In this document: positions 31,967 through 49,021 of the stretch, one piece after another
How positions within the stretch are numbered: the first letter of the stretch is position 1
How the letters are laid out: each line of letters begins with the position of its first letter
Position numbers and translations under genes: made by a program
Assembly (NCBI RefSeq): GCF_009914755.1
Contig: NC_060933.1
DNA length: 64,000 bases
DNA from: the human T2T-CHM13v2.0 reference genome, Homo sapiens
Reading direction: 5' to 3' (one strand)
The notes under the pieces: model-generated
What the model was told of the DNA's origin: nothing
The model's database searches: none
Seen by the model: only the letters and a program-made list of their open reading frames with translations

Positions 31967-33403
31967 CTAGGAAAACAAAACAGGCAACTTAATGTAAACA
32001 TTATGTCACTTGTTTTAACATCTGCCTCACATATTTGCACTTCAAGTAAAAACACAGACCAATTTGGAAAAGCCATAAACTATCTAGGTAAACACCCAAA
32101 AGCTTTGTCCTTGCATTTAATAGGGAAAAGGAATAATGTGAACAATACAAGGTGTCCATTCAGCTACCATTCTTCTTGGTGCCTATCTGGTTAGATGACA
32201 AGAATGAAAAAAATCTGTCAGAACCTCTAACTGATTCCTCCTCATGGTCATCTGCTCCCTACCTTCCTGCATCAGTTTGTTTCTCTGTACTCCACCAAAA
32301 TCCGGCCCTTGCACAATCTTCACTCTTAGGCATAGGCTGTGCCATCTTTGCCAACTCAAACGGTCTCTAGGTTTGAAAATCCTATCTGTTAAGTTACTCC
32401 TACAATTGCTGGTCCCTTTCAAAACCTTTGGTTTTTAAATCCCTGCCAAAATATGTCAAGTAGCTACTGCAATAAAGTGGGTTGAAGTTCTCCCTGCTGG
32501 GTAAACACGGTGTGTGCAAGTATGCCTCAAGCTGCAGAGATATTATCTACAAGTAGACAAAAGGTCAATAATGAGAAAGCCCCTGACAAAGTAAGAAAAT
32601 TCACACCCAAGCCACTTCGCCTCATCTGTGTGCTTTTTCTCAAGCATGACAAAAGCAAAAAATGTCAATACAGTTATTTCTGAGTTAGAATCAGGTAAAA
32701 CTTCATAGGAACAAGGGAAAGAAACTAACCTTTCTGGGAAGTTCACTATTGGCAAAGTATTTTACAAAAATTTATAAGTCCTTTGAAGGTAAGTCTCATT
32801 ACTTGAAGAAACTAAGGCTGAGATGGATATAAATGTGACTCCACTCTCTCATCCTACCCAAACCAATCCGAAATGACGCCAAAGCAGGTGAGCTTTCTTC
32901 TTTATACTATTATACCCACCTCCCTCACCATCACCAATGATGGGCAATGTTATAAGCATCTAGCCTTCCTTAATGGACTTTGCCTCAGAAAACCCAATTT
33001 TCTAGTATGGCAAACAGCGATTTCAACATGGCTTTGCTTCCCTGAACCCACACTCCAGGACTGAGACATCGATTGAACCAATGTTTCAGCTCAGTCTGCT
33101 GAAAAATAAATACATGAAGTGCAAATATTGACGATTCTCATGCAACTCCTAAAGACATGAAAAAGGACTCCCTGGAACAGTGCAAACCGGCAAAAGGGAA
33201 ACAATGGGAGGAGGAGGAGACAAGAGAAGAGGCGGCCCGGGAAGAACCAGGAAAGGGGGTAACTTGAATGACAGGTCTTAACTGAGACTCCACACGCCAC
33301 CGCCTGGACGCAAGAACTAAGTACAGGCGCCGCCGCCACCCGGCTGGGTGCAAGGGGCACCGGGACGCCCGCGACCACTCGCATGGCGCGGCCGGACACG
33401 CAC

Positions 33404-33504
33404 CTGTGATACTGCGCCTGCAGGAACTGGAATTCCTCTTTAATCCGGTCCAGGGACTCCGGGATAGTGAACTTGAAGGGCTGGCCTGCAGCCTGGTGCG
33501 GCGT
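33404..33504 (-). CDS. TLE1: TLE1 coding exon 2 ([33 protein letters not shown]+S), Q domain
   Basis: ccccag|ACG acceptor and AG|gtgcgt donor, 101 nt. Groucho Q-domain motif; '[10 protein letters not shown]' fits TLE1 among the paralogues as I recall them. Confidence 0.97.
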
Positions 33505-34286
33505 CTGGGGGCGACCAGCGAGGGGGACCGAGGGACGGGAATGCGGGCGGATGAATAAAGCAGTAAGTCAGAGAAGGCAAGAACGGGTGGGACATAAACA
33601 TAAAGTTAGAAGTGGCTGAAAACGAGGCCCCAAACTCGAGTTTACCCTTCACTATGGGGAGGGGGAAAGCGGACCCTCCCCGGGCCCCGGCTTCTAAAGA
33701 GGCTCGGAAGCTCTTCCCAGTCTCCAGGGCGGATTGCGCTAAGTGCGCCCGGGTCACCAGGCCAAAGGGAAGGGGGCTCCCCGGCGGCCAGGGAAGACCA
33801 GGCCAGATTGTCGGTGTCGCCGCCCCTTCCCCCACGGCGGCGATAATGACCCCGGGGACCAGAGGAGAAAAACAACTCCTTTACGCTCCCCATTCCCAGA
33901 GTCGCCGGGGCCACCTCCAGACGCACCGGAACCGGGGCCGCATTGACATGTAAATAGGCGAGAGGAGAAACAAAGGGGGGGGCGCCCTGCCCCCACTCGG
34001 GGAAGGTAGAGGGGATATGGCTGCAGGAGAGAAACCCCAGCCTTCCCCAGCGCCCCTGTCCGCTCGGTATAGACGTCAAGTAGGAAGGAGCCCAAAGGGA
34101 GGGAGAAAATTAAGAGTTTCGGCCCACTCCCCACCCCAGGAAGAGAGGGCCCCAGACCTCCCCAGCCTTACACCGCTGAGGGCGAGAAGGTCCGCCGGGC
34201 CTCAGAAGCCACCAGTCTCCCTACCGCCCGGGAGAAGCGCCTCCCCAACGATCCTGGCCCCCCACCACCACCCAGCCGCGCCTCAC

Positions 34287-34310
34287 CGGGTGCCGGCTCT
34301 GCGGGAACAT
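34287..34310 (-). CDS. TLE1: TLE1 coding exon 1 (aa 1-8, MFPQSRHP)
   Basis: Minus strand reads GCCAGAGCG ATG TTC CCG CAG AGC CGG CAC CCG|GTGAGG. Matches the TLE1 N-terminus, with a phase-0 donor. Confidence 0.97.
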
Positions 34311-35640
34311 CGCTCTGGCGGCGGCCGGGGCTCTGTTCCCCGGCAACTCAATTCTCCGGTCAATTTCCAACTTTAATCCCGCCGAGGAAAATTAAGCCGG
34401 AAAGCCAAGCAGAAGCGGGGAGCGCGCTGGCCACGCACGCGCGCTCCGCCGGGCGCACCGGCCACTCGGCGCCCGCAGCTGCTCCGGCTCCCGCTCCCGT
34501 CGGTGCGGGCTCCGGCCCTCAGGGCCACATTAGTGGGCGCCCCAGGCCCAGCTGCTTCAAGAACCTGCGCGGAGACGTCGGGCGCTCGGGGACTGTACGC
34601 GGGGGCAGCGCTCCAACCCCCGGCCTCAGCTGCCCGGGCGGGGAGGCGGGGGCGCGGTGACTCCGACCGCACTCCCCTCGGCGATCCGCGTGCGCGGCGC
34701 CAGTCCTGGGCAAACAAATCCAGACGGACTGCTTTTCTTTGCTCTTCTCCTGGTCCGCCTCCTCTTCGGGCTTTCCCCGAGGCGGCGGCGGGCGAGGTGC
34801 AGGTGGCGCGGCGGCCCCCGCTAACCCCACACAAACCCGACGCTTTCGGGGCGACTCCCGCAAGATTCGGCTGCGCCTTCGGCCGGGTGCTCGCAGGCTC
34901 CCGGGACGCAAAGGGGAGCGAGGTTGAAGACGCAGCGGAGGCTCCTGGCCGGGGAGCGACGGATGACGAGGCGGGGAAAGTGCGGAGGGCGCGCCGGGAG
35001 GCGGCTCGGCACGCCCCGTGCGACCAGCACTCGGTGTTCTCCGCGGTTGCACAAACCCTCCGGGCCCGACGGGGCTACTCCACCGAGAGCAGTCCCGCAA
35101 GTGCCCAATGCTCCTCGAGCCCGGGGAGCATCAGGGCGCCGCGCCTCGGGCGCACTCGCCCTGCACGGCCGGACCGGCCGCTCCGGACCCTTCTTCCGAG
35201 CTCCTTCTTCCTCGGTCTTCTTTCTTTCCTTCCTTCACCTTCGTGTGCTTCTCCGCAAAGGGCGCTCCAGCCCACTGCAAAGTTCTCTCACCACCCGAGG
35301 GACGACATCCACGAGATGGTGGGGAAAACAGCAGGAGTGCGCTCCGCCAATCGGCCACCCTCCCCGGCGGGCAAACTCTGCGGGCGAGTCCAGAGTAGTC
35401 ACAGCGGTGGGGCCAGCGGGGGTTTTGGTCGCCGCGGGACGACGGAGGTCCGGGCTGGTGGCGCGGGTCCCGCCCGGCCGTGCGAGGGTGGGGTGGCGCA
35501 GTCGGCTGCCTCCGGGACGCGGGGCACAGAGTACCCGCCGCTGTTTCTGCTGCTGCTGCTTCTGCAGCCGCCGCTCCCACCGCCGCCGCCGCCCGCGCCT
35601 CTCGCGCCGCTTACATTAACACGCGGTTTCACACTCCGGA
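34311..35640 (-). other. TLE1: TLE1 5' UTR / extended exon 1 (TSS approximate, may be shorter)
   Basis: GC-rich sequence contiguous with the ATG up to the CCAAT/G-rich core near 35.65-35.8 kb. The TSS is inferred, not directly visible. Confidence 0.6.
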
Positions 35641-36260
35641 GCTAACCAGCGCCGGCCCCGCCCAGCCCCGTTCGGGCGGGGGGCGCGAGCGCGGAGCCGG
35701 CGGGGGACGTGAGCCCGGGAGGTTGGGGGTGGGGGGGGGCAGAAGGCCCGCATCAGCCAATCGCGTGCGCTGCAACCAACGTGGGGCGCTGACGCGCTCC
35801 TCCCCGGAGCCTATGGCAGCGCAGCGCCGGACGGGGCGTTCTCCCTCCCCCCCTCCTCTCGCTTCCATCTCCGCCGTCTCCTCGGTCTCCCTTCCCATCC
35901 CGGCCCCTCCTCCGCCAGCCGCGTCCTCCCGGGCTTGGTGAGGAACTGTTCCTGGAGGAGCCGCGGGACGCCAAAACCAGCCAATGGGAAGCGGCGATTC
36001 GCGGAGATTGGCACTGATGATGGGAAGGTCGGTGGGAAGGAGAGCGGCGGGGCTGGGCTGTCAATCAAAGTAACGTGGGGCTGGCTAGAGAGCGCGCGGG
36101 CGCGCGCTAGCGGGAGGGACTGGCGAGCGTGCAGCCGGGGAAGCTGAGGGCTCGAGTTAGCAAAAATCCTGCCACTTGCTCACTTTTCCCTTTAATGAAA
36201 ATCCTCAGATCTAAGTGAAAGTAACTCAAAGACTAGCTGCGGAGTTTCTTATTGGAGGCG
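35620..36260. promoter_or_regulatory. Bidirectional core promoter, apparently TATA-less, with multiple CCAAT (NF-Y) boxes, GC boxes and a CRE half-site
   Basis: CCAAT at 35757 and 35981, ATTGG at 36007 and 36251, TGACG at 35790, GGGCGG near 35674, G-tracts at 35702-35739. Confidence 0.7.
35780..35937 (+). ncRNA. TLE1-DT: Probable first exon of a divergent lncRNA (TLE1 divergent transcript)
   Basis: Head-to-head with TLE1, with a plus-strand donor TTG|GTGAGG at 35937/35938. The TLE1-DT annotation is from recall; exon limits are inferred. Confidence 0.45.
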
Positions 36261-38880
36261 GAGGGGGGCTTTTGGTAATTCGAGCAAATGTGTTTTTCAG
36301 TGCTGGACCCCTTGTTTGATGCTACTCTAAAAGTGAGGCCACATTCAAAAATTTATCTGAGGTTTGTTTTTCCTTGAGCTGCCTTTTTACGGATGTACGA
36401 GAGGGAGTGGACTGTGCACTTAGTTGGAAATGCGTAAATGAGCAACGCCACGGTTGGCGTAGGTACACCAGCAAAGACGACTGTGATGTCCTCCCACCCC
36501 ACCCACCCCCTTTGCACCCAAAGTGGTAGGATTTGATTTTTATTGCAGGATTTCAAGCCACTTTTCAAAAAGATCGTCCTGTCCCGTTTGGCGGGAAGGA
36601 TTCCCAGGGTGCTGCCAGAACAAGGCACGCGTGTCCGCAGATGAGACGTTTTGCCCGGGGCGCGAAATCCCAGGTCTTCGTCTTAAAAGTCCTGACTTCG
36701 CTGTGTTGGGAGAGGTGGGGAGCGGCTGAGGTTTTTAGGAACTTCTCAGCTACAAGACTACGAGTCTGTTTCCAATTCCTGGGAACAAAGAGAGACAATG
36801 TAATAAACCAGCACTGAGACCTGAAAAACCTGTCCCGCACACCCCACCCCCACAGTCTGGGTGGTACTCCTGAGCTGAGCTGTGGGAAGAGCTAAATGGG
36901 AAGAGTTAGGTAAATGACGTGGCTAAGGTTCTTATGAAGTGGAACTTGAGTTAAAAGGGATTTTGAGATTGTAATAATCAAGACATGCTGTATAATTAAT
37001 GCTGAGAGTCTTTGGTTTTTGTGTATGTCTCTAAATACACAGCAGAAAACCGTCAGTATTGCCGCATTTATGCTTTTGTTTGAGGAACATTTCCACATGA
37101 GCAGTGAATGAATAATGCTGGTTTAGCCAAACGGTGGTAACTTCTTCCATAAGGGCACATCTTGGACAAGTATTTATCTTATGTTGGAAACTAGTTAAGT
37201 TTTTGGTATTAATAACCCCCACGTTATTATTTTATTATTTTACCTTCAAGAGACTTACGGGAAGGAGCTTATTTAAACAGACATACATTTTATTTAAAGA
37301 TGTGCTTTTACAGAGTTCTTTTTCTTGAAATAGTTTTAGAAGTCATTTTAGATAATACATTTCACTGTTGGAGTTGTTTTTAAATATGTATGATATTGAT
37401 TTGTCTATAATTGCATCACTCCCAAATATCAATTATAAATGAAAAAATAAAAAAGCGATTTTAACCAGTCTGTACGAAGCCATAGTAAATTCTTAAACAA
37501 GTTGGGCATTGTAGCTTTGTGGTGTTCTCATTAAGTACAGTTGGGAAGGCGGCTGTATTATTCATTTTGCTAACATGGAGAACAAAAAAGAAGAAAGCAC
37601 TGCCTCACTTTCCTTGGTTAAATTTGGTGACGATGACAGTTTTGCTCGACATACAGGACTTTTTGGAATCATAGGATCCCAGGGCCTTTAGCAACCTGTT
37701 TTCCTTGAAATTATCTAGTGATTGAGCCACATATACCAGTCTGCGGCCAGTTCATCCCATAATCAGCTCCAGGACCGGACAGAAAGTGCTTGGATGCCAC
37801 AAGTATGCTTGTATACATGCTGTGACAACTGGAGCAACTGATATTCCTCCCCGGCTTACCCAGGCTTTATGTGGTGCCTGTATCTTGAATAACTGGCACA
37901 CTCCCATTAAGTTTAAACAGAGCCATTAAAATATGCTTTGAGATGGGGCAAAAGTGTTGCTACTTCTCTTCTTTCCCCACCCCGCTGCCCTCAAAATCAG
38001 TACTAAGGCATCTTTAAATGTTCTCTAACATAACTACTCACAGACAATGTGTCTGCTCACCATATTTCCCAGTTTGCCATGAGTAAACACTAGAAATTCT
38101 CTTTTAACTAGTCTTTCCTTGCCAATAGAGTTTGAAACACCAGGCCTTCTGATTTCCTTATAATGAAGTATCTGTAGTATCTACAGAGCATTATGAATTT
38201 AAAATTGGAAGGCCTTTAATTGTGTGCATAAAAATGGTTGGTTTTGGTTTTTGAAGCCTTTTTTTCCCATTTAGAGCATCGTCTGTCAGAGTGGGAGAAG
38301 GCTCTGCCCTTTTCAAGGTCATATTTTCTCCACGATTGTCATGCTGTAATAATTATACTACAAAACTCTCATCAAACTGCATTACAAATGACGGCGTTTA
38401 AACAGTCAAGTAGCTTTAATCTTATGTTTTAAATAAATAATATATGTGCAGATTGCCTACAGCCTGTTTAAAAGAAAATAGTCCTCCTCATGAAATCTAT
38501 AATTTTGGTCTTCCATTTAAAGCCTGTTAACCATAATCTTCTTTACCTTTAACATTCATATGTCAATGATGTTTTTATGTGAAATGTATGATGCTCCCAC
38601 TGGAAATTTTCTCTGAAAAACACAGTACCCTTTTTATGCTCTGCAGAGAAACAGAAAGATTGTCAGCTTGTTCATTTTCTTTTGATGCATATGTGGGTAT
38701 ATTCCCATTCATTTGTTGCTGATTATCAAATTTTCAACTCAGCAATAGCCTAAGTAATTACAAAAGCTAGATGTTATCTAGTACAGATACTAAACAAAAT
38801 AGGAAAAGTTATAGATGCTGATCGTAGCAACTAGACATCTTTTAAATCTATTACTTTTTTATTTGAAATAATAATTGTAA

Positions 38881-39574
<694 letters not shown>

Positions 39575-40956
39575 TGATAGTTTTCTTAAACCTAAGAATG
39601 TAGGGTCCAGAAGAATTTTTCCCAGCATTTCTTGGTAATCTTTTTCTCCCCCACTCCTTTACCAAAGAAAAGGGCAAGATGGACGTGGAGGTGAAAGGAA
39701 GAACGCAGAGAAGGGAAAAAAAATCAGTAGCAGATCCATGCAGCAGTAAAACCTCAAATAAAATCACTTCCAAAGAATCTCTTGCGGTTTCACACAATAT
39801 GGTAAAATTAGAGATTGCAGGAAACCAACTAAATTAAACTGGGAGCATTTGAAGAGAAATGAGCAGACTTTATGAAAATGACACATTGACTGACCAGTAT
39901 GCTTTTTTATCAACAATTTCTTTGTTAAGACGAAGATCAAAGGAACCTGCATATGTTTTCATTTTGTTCTAACTAGAAAATTACATCCAGATGTTTAATA
40001 GGCATTTGGTTGGTTTTTCAGCATTGATTAGATATGTTGGTTCTGTTTGCTTACAAGTGCAGCCGGATCATTAGCTAATGCAAAGAAATGTTTGCTGTGA
40101 ATTGCTAATTAGGGCTTTTGGAAGCCCTCCATGCTCAAGAACAATTTGTACTGTGGCCAGAAGAACTTGAGGGACTTGGGGAAGTTGTTTTCCCTTCTCT
40201 GTCAGAGTGGGGAGAAGCAGAAAGCCCTATTCCCTAATCTCCCTTTGCCTAGGGGGATTGCGATGAGATCCCCAAGGATTGGAGTGCAAATAAAGTAGGA
40301 AGAGACCACACAGGCACTCCCAAACATGGAGAGATAAATGTTCTCTTTCTGGAACCAGCACTGTGCGGTCTTTTGAGGTGGGGGGAGCGAACATCTAAAA
40401 CACTGGATATTAACATGTGGAAGATGCTTGGTGCTAATGTTATCAAATACACAGCATTTTTAAGTATACTTTAGAGACAGATGGGAAAGCCCTTTATGAT
40501 AAACGAGTGTACTTGAATTCGTTACTGTAGTACTTATAATTAAAAATGTCTCCTTTGCAATTTCAGTACTTTTACAGGATACGAGAGACCAAGCTTGGGA
40601 ACTAGAAGGCTGGGGAGAGTGAAAGGAGTGAGGGAGAGGAATTTTGGAAGCTAGGGTGAGCCTGGGAGGAAATGCAGTGTTTACTTTCACAGCCCACCCA
40701 TTCGTTTACCTTGTTAAAGCCCCAGAACTTGTACCAGATTAGCTATTCACTCAGTATTCAAATAAACTGTTTGGGAATTTGAGGAACCAGGCGGATAAAC
40801 TTCTTAGCCCACCAATCACGTTTGTAAAAAAGCTTGACTGTGTCTGAGGCTTGCAGAAGAACACCACCTCAGCTGCGGCCGAACTTTTGTTTACTTAAGT
40901 CTATATTTCAAGAAAGATATCAGTCTAAAATAGCATGTGTTTATAAGCAATCATAG

Positions 40957-41933
<977 letters not shown>

Positions 41934-42389
41934 TTAAAAAAATTCATTCAGTTTAGCATTTAGCTCGACTGAAGCTGAAGAGCATTTGGTAGAAAAAAGA
42001 AAAAAGTAAAGGAAGCACCTTTGATGCTCCTTCCTACATATTCACATAACAAGAGCAGACCTGGGCCCCTTAATGTTCTCTGCTTGAGCCACCTTTGCTG
42101 CAGGCCAAGGACTTGCTAGGAAATCAACTTTAAACTGAGACATCTTTCCTTTTCCTTTAAAAGCTTTCACTTTGGCAGCATCATTTAAATAACTTTTCTT
42201 CCTGAAGCCAGCCATATCATTGAAGGGTTAAAGCTTGAGTTCAACTAATTGATGATCTTCAGATGTTCTTCAGAGCTGAAGGCAGGCGAACTCTCGGGAT
42301 GGGAAGGGGACTAGAGTGCAAGTGTATGTTCCAGGTACCTTCACGTTTCCAGAATACAAACTTTAAGTCTAGTTGAGCAAGTTAAATGG

Positions 42390-42875
42390 AATAAATACAG
42401 AATGTTGGGACATTCTACAGGACAGCTAGCCTGAGCTATTTAAAAAGTTAATGTCGAGAGAGACAGGAGAGAAGTGGGGAAGGACTATTCCTTAAAAACA
42501 AAGATATATAATGAAAAAGCAATGTGTAAATCTTTATTGGCCCCTGGATTTAAAAAAAAAACATGCAAGATGTCTTGGGCAACTTTAATTTGGACTGGAT
42601 ATTTATAGATAGTATAGAATTATGCTTCTCCTTTTTTTGATGTTAGAATATTGTGGTTATTTTGGAAGATGTTATTCTGAGAAGATAGATGGTGAAGCAT
42701 ACAACTTCAAATAACACCTGCAACTGCAAATAAAAAGTGTATGTAGAGAGAGAAAAAGAAAGCAAATTTGGCAATGTGTTAACCATTACAGAATTTCAGG
42801 ATAATGTCTATAGCTATTCATTTTACTATTCTTTCAATATTTCTATGTTTGAAAATTTTTCATGATGAAAAGTCT
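42390..42875 (+). mobile_element. Old L1 (L1ME/L1MC-like) 3' end
   Basis: Contains GGGACATTCTACAGGACA and TTTTACTATTCTTTCAATATTTCTATGTTTGAAAATTTTTCAT. Confidence 0.65.
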
Positions 42876-42937
42876 GGGAAAACAATTCTAGGTTCATTGT
42901 CTACATCTCTTTTTTTTGTGCATTATAATGGAATTCA

Positions 42938-43474
<537 letters not shown>

Positions 43475-43782
43475 TCATGGGAAAGCTGTCATACTAATAA
43501 CCGAAGTATTACCCAGTGTTTTTGCTCTGGATCTTTTAGTAGTTTTATTTTATTATTTATGATATTTTATTTTTGTTTGGTTTTCTTCAGGAGTCCCAAA
43601 TGTCCATTAGTTACCAATTAATATAAAATGTAAATCTTTAAATACATTAGGGTATTACATTAATAATCCTCTAAAGCATTGTTTTATGATCCATAAATCT
43701 CAGAATCACCAGAAAATCTATTATAAAATAAAGAAGAAAACTGTTTTATGTTAAGAATAAGGCAACAGCAAATAAACGTTAA

Positions 43783-44911
<1,129 letters not shown>

Positions 44912-45674
44912 TCATGCAGAATCATAAGGGCATGTATTCATGATGTGCTAATAAATAAGCAGTTTTCCAGAAAAGTTGTGAAAAACGACAAGGCATAATC
45001 TGAGAGATGACAGTTGGGATATCCCGTCTATCAATTCTTTTTTCCTTTAATCATAGCTATTTAGTATGTTGTGTTTTTCCTATCACTGTTATGTTTATTG
45101 AAGGGAAAACTTTCTGTGACATTAGTAAACAAGATTCTAGTTAACGAGTGAACAGATTAAATCCTCTATTTGTGATGTAAAATTTGAGTGTTTAGGGAGG
45201 CAAATATGAAAATACTGGGAAACCAGGACTTTTCACACATGGTGATAATCCATCCATCCAATACTTTGAGCCACCATCCACATAACTAATTATTATGTAA
45301 AACGAAACCATGAAAAGAATTGATGCTTCTCCATGGCAGTAGATGCCCCAGGGGAACAGAGTTCCCATTCCTGGTTTCCCCCGTTTGCAGCCTCCACACT
45401 TCAGAAGAACTAGCAAGTTGCAATTGGCACTTGAAAAAGTGTTACAAAACACTGACAAGTATTAGAGAAACGTTGATTAATGTAAACAGCCTGCCTCAAG
45501 GAATGATACCTTTCTTAAGCAGTTTTCAATTCGCATTTCTATGTGCAGGTAAATGCAGTGTTTGAAGAGATGTGATTTTTGCCTTTGCTGGAGAGAAGAG
45601 AGGATTATCATATTTACATCTTAACTTTCTGAAAATTTGAAAAAAGAATTGACAGATTAAAAGTCAATAGGCCC

Positions 45675-46665
<991 letters not shown>

Positions 46666-46719
46666 TAGGATTCCTTTTTTCATGTACCAGTTTTATTTTG
46701 GATTCTCATCCAATTCACT

Positions 46720-47560
<841 letters not shown>

Positions 47561-47657
47561 GGCCTATAATTTTTTATTGAGTACTTACTATGTGCCAGAT
47601 GCTGTTCTAAGTAGTTTACATGTTAATATGATGTAATTTACTGTACCCATCATTTCT

Positions 47658-47884
47658 TTTTTTTTTTAATTATACTTTAAGTTTTAGGGTACATGTGCAC
47701 AACGTGCAGGTTTGTTACATATGTATACATGTGCCATGTTGGTGTGCTGTACCCATTAACTCGTCATTTAACATTAGGTATATCTCCTAATGCTATCCCT
47801 CCCCCCTTCCCCCCACCCTACAACAGGCCCCAGTGTGTGATGTTCCCCTTCCTGTGTCCATGTGTTCTCATTGTTCAATTCCCA
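47658..47884 (-). mobile_element. 5'-truncated L1PA 3' end inserted into a MIR (~47575-48000)
   Basis: TTATACTTTAAGTTTTAGGGTACATGTGCAC is the L1PA 3' UTR; TSD CATCATTTCT at 47648 and 47885. Confidence 0.93.
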
Positions 47885-48385
47885 CATCATTTCTATTAGG
47901 TAGGCACTGTTATCATCCCTATTTCACTGAAAAGGCATGTGGGGCCCAGTACTTTTCCTAGAGTCACAAGCAGGAGAGCTGGGTGTCCCATCCTGGTGCT
48001 CTAGAGAGTTCACTGGCAGCCAGTAGCCACAGCTGACTTCTTAGCTAGTCTTCCAGTGCCATTTCTTCCTCTGTTCTCACATTCCCCATGGATCTACTGA
48101 TAGAAAAATGTGTATATGTATTTTGCCCACAAGCTTGGTAGGATTTCTCTTGGTACTTTTGAGGTGAAGTTGATACTTTAAGAATTCATATTCCTGCAAA
48201 TAGTTCTATTCTAGCTGCCTCAGGTCTCTAGAACTGTATCTGCCAGTGGAAAAACATGGCCACCTTCAGTTGTGTGCTTTCTGGCAACACCCAATTCATC
48301 CCCTAAATTGCAGTTCCACAAAGAAAGGAAGGATGATTTACAACTTGGTAAATGCTATAATTAAGGGGGGAAAAGCAGAAGATTA

Positions 48386-48393
48386 TCTGTCTG

Positions 48394-48441
<48 letters not shown>
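48386..48441. repeat. (TCTG)2(TCTA)12 tetranucleotide STR
   Basis: Read directly from the sequence. Confidence 0.97.
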
Positions 48442-48631
48442 AAGTTCTGTGATTAACAATGGTTTGGGATGATCTTGGTAATAGTAGACGTGTAGTCTGA
48501 GTACTGATGTCACATTTGGAAACATTTGGTCTGCTGAATGTCAATGGATGTGTTTCTAGCCTGCAATGCCCTATTGAAATCAATAGTTTTAAAGATCTTT
48601 AACCATGAACTGTAGTAAGAAGTAAATTTTA

Positions 48632-49021
<390 letters not shown>

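Larger units (their letters stand above)
33200..36700. promoter_or_regulatory. CpG island spanning the TLE1 promoter, exon 1 and exon 2
   Basis: Very high GC and dense CpG (CGCG, GCGC runs) against CpG-depleted flanks. Confidence 0.95.

Noticed and set aside
35548-35593. (CTG)4 and (CCG)4 triplet runs in the leader as an expansion locus
   Set aside because: Too short, and typical of CpG-island leaders.
35160-35640. Reading the island as the non-coding first exon of some other gene
   Set aside because: The five TLE1 coding exons downstream account fully for the promoter.
34503-35645. 380-aa plus-strand ORF and the other long overlapping ORFs in the CpG island
   Set aside because: Non-ATG start and low-complexity Ala/Arg/Pro/Gly content; stop codons are simply rare in GC-rich DNA. 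It is antisense to the TLE1 leader and has no recognisable domain.
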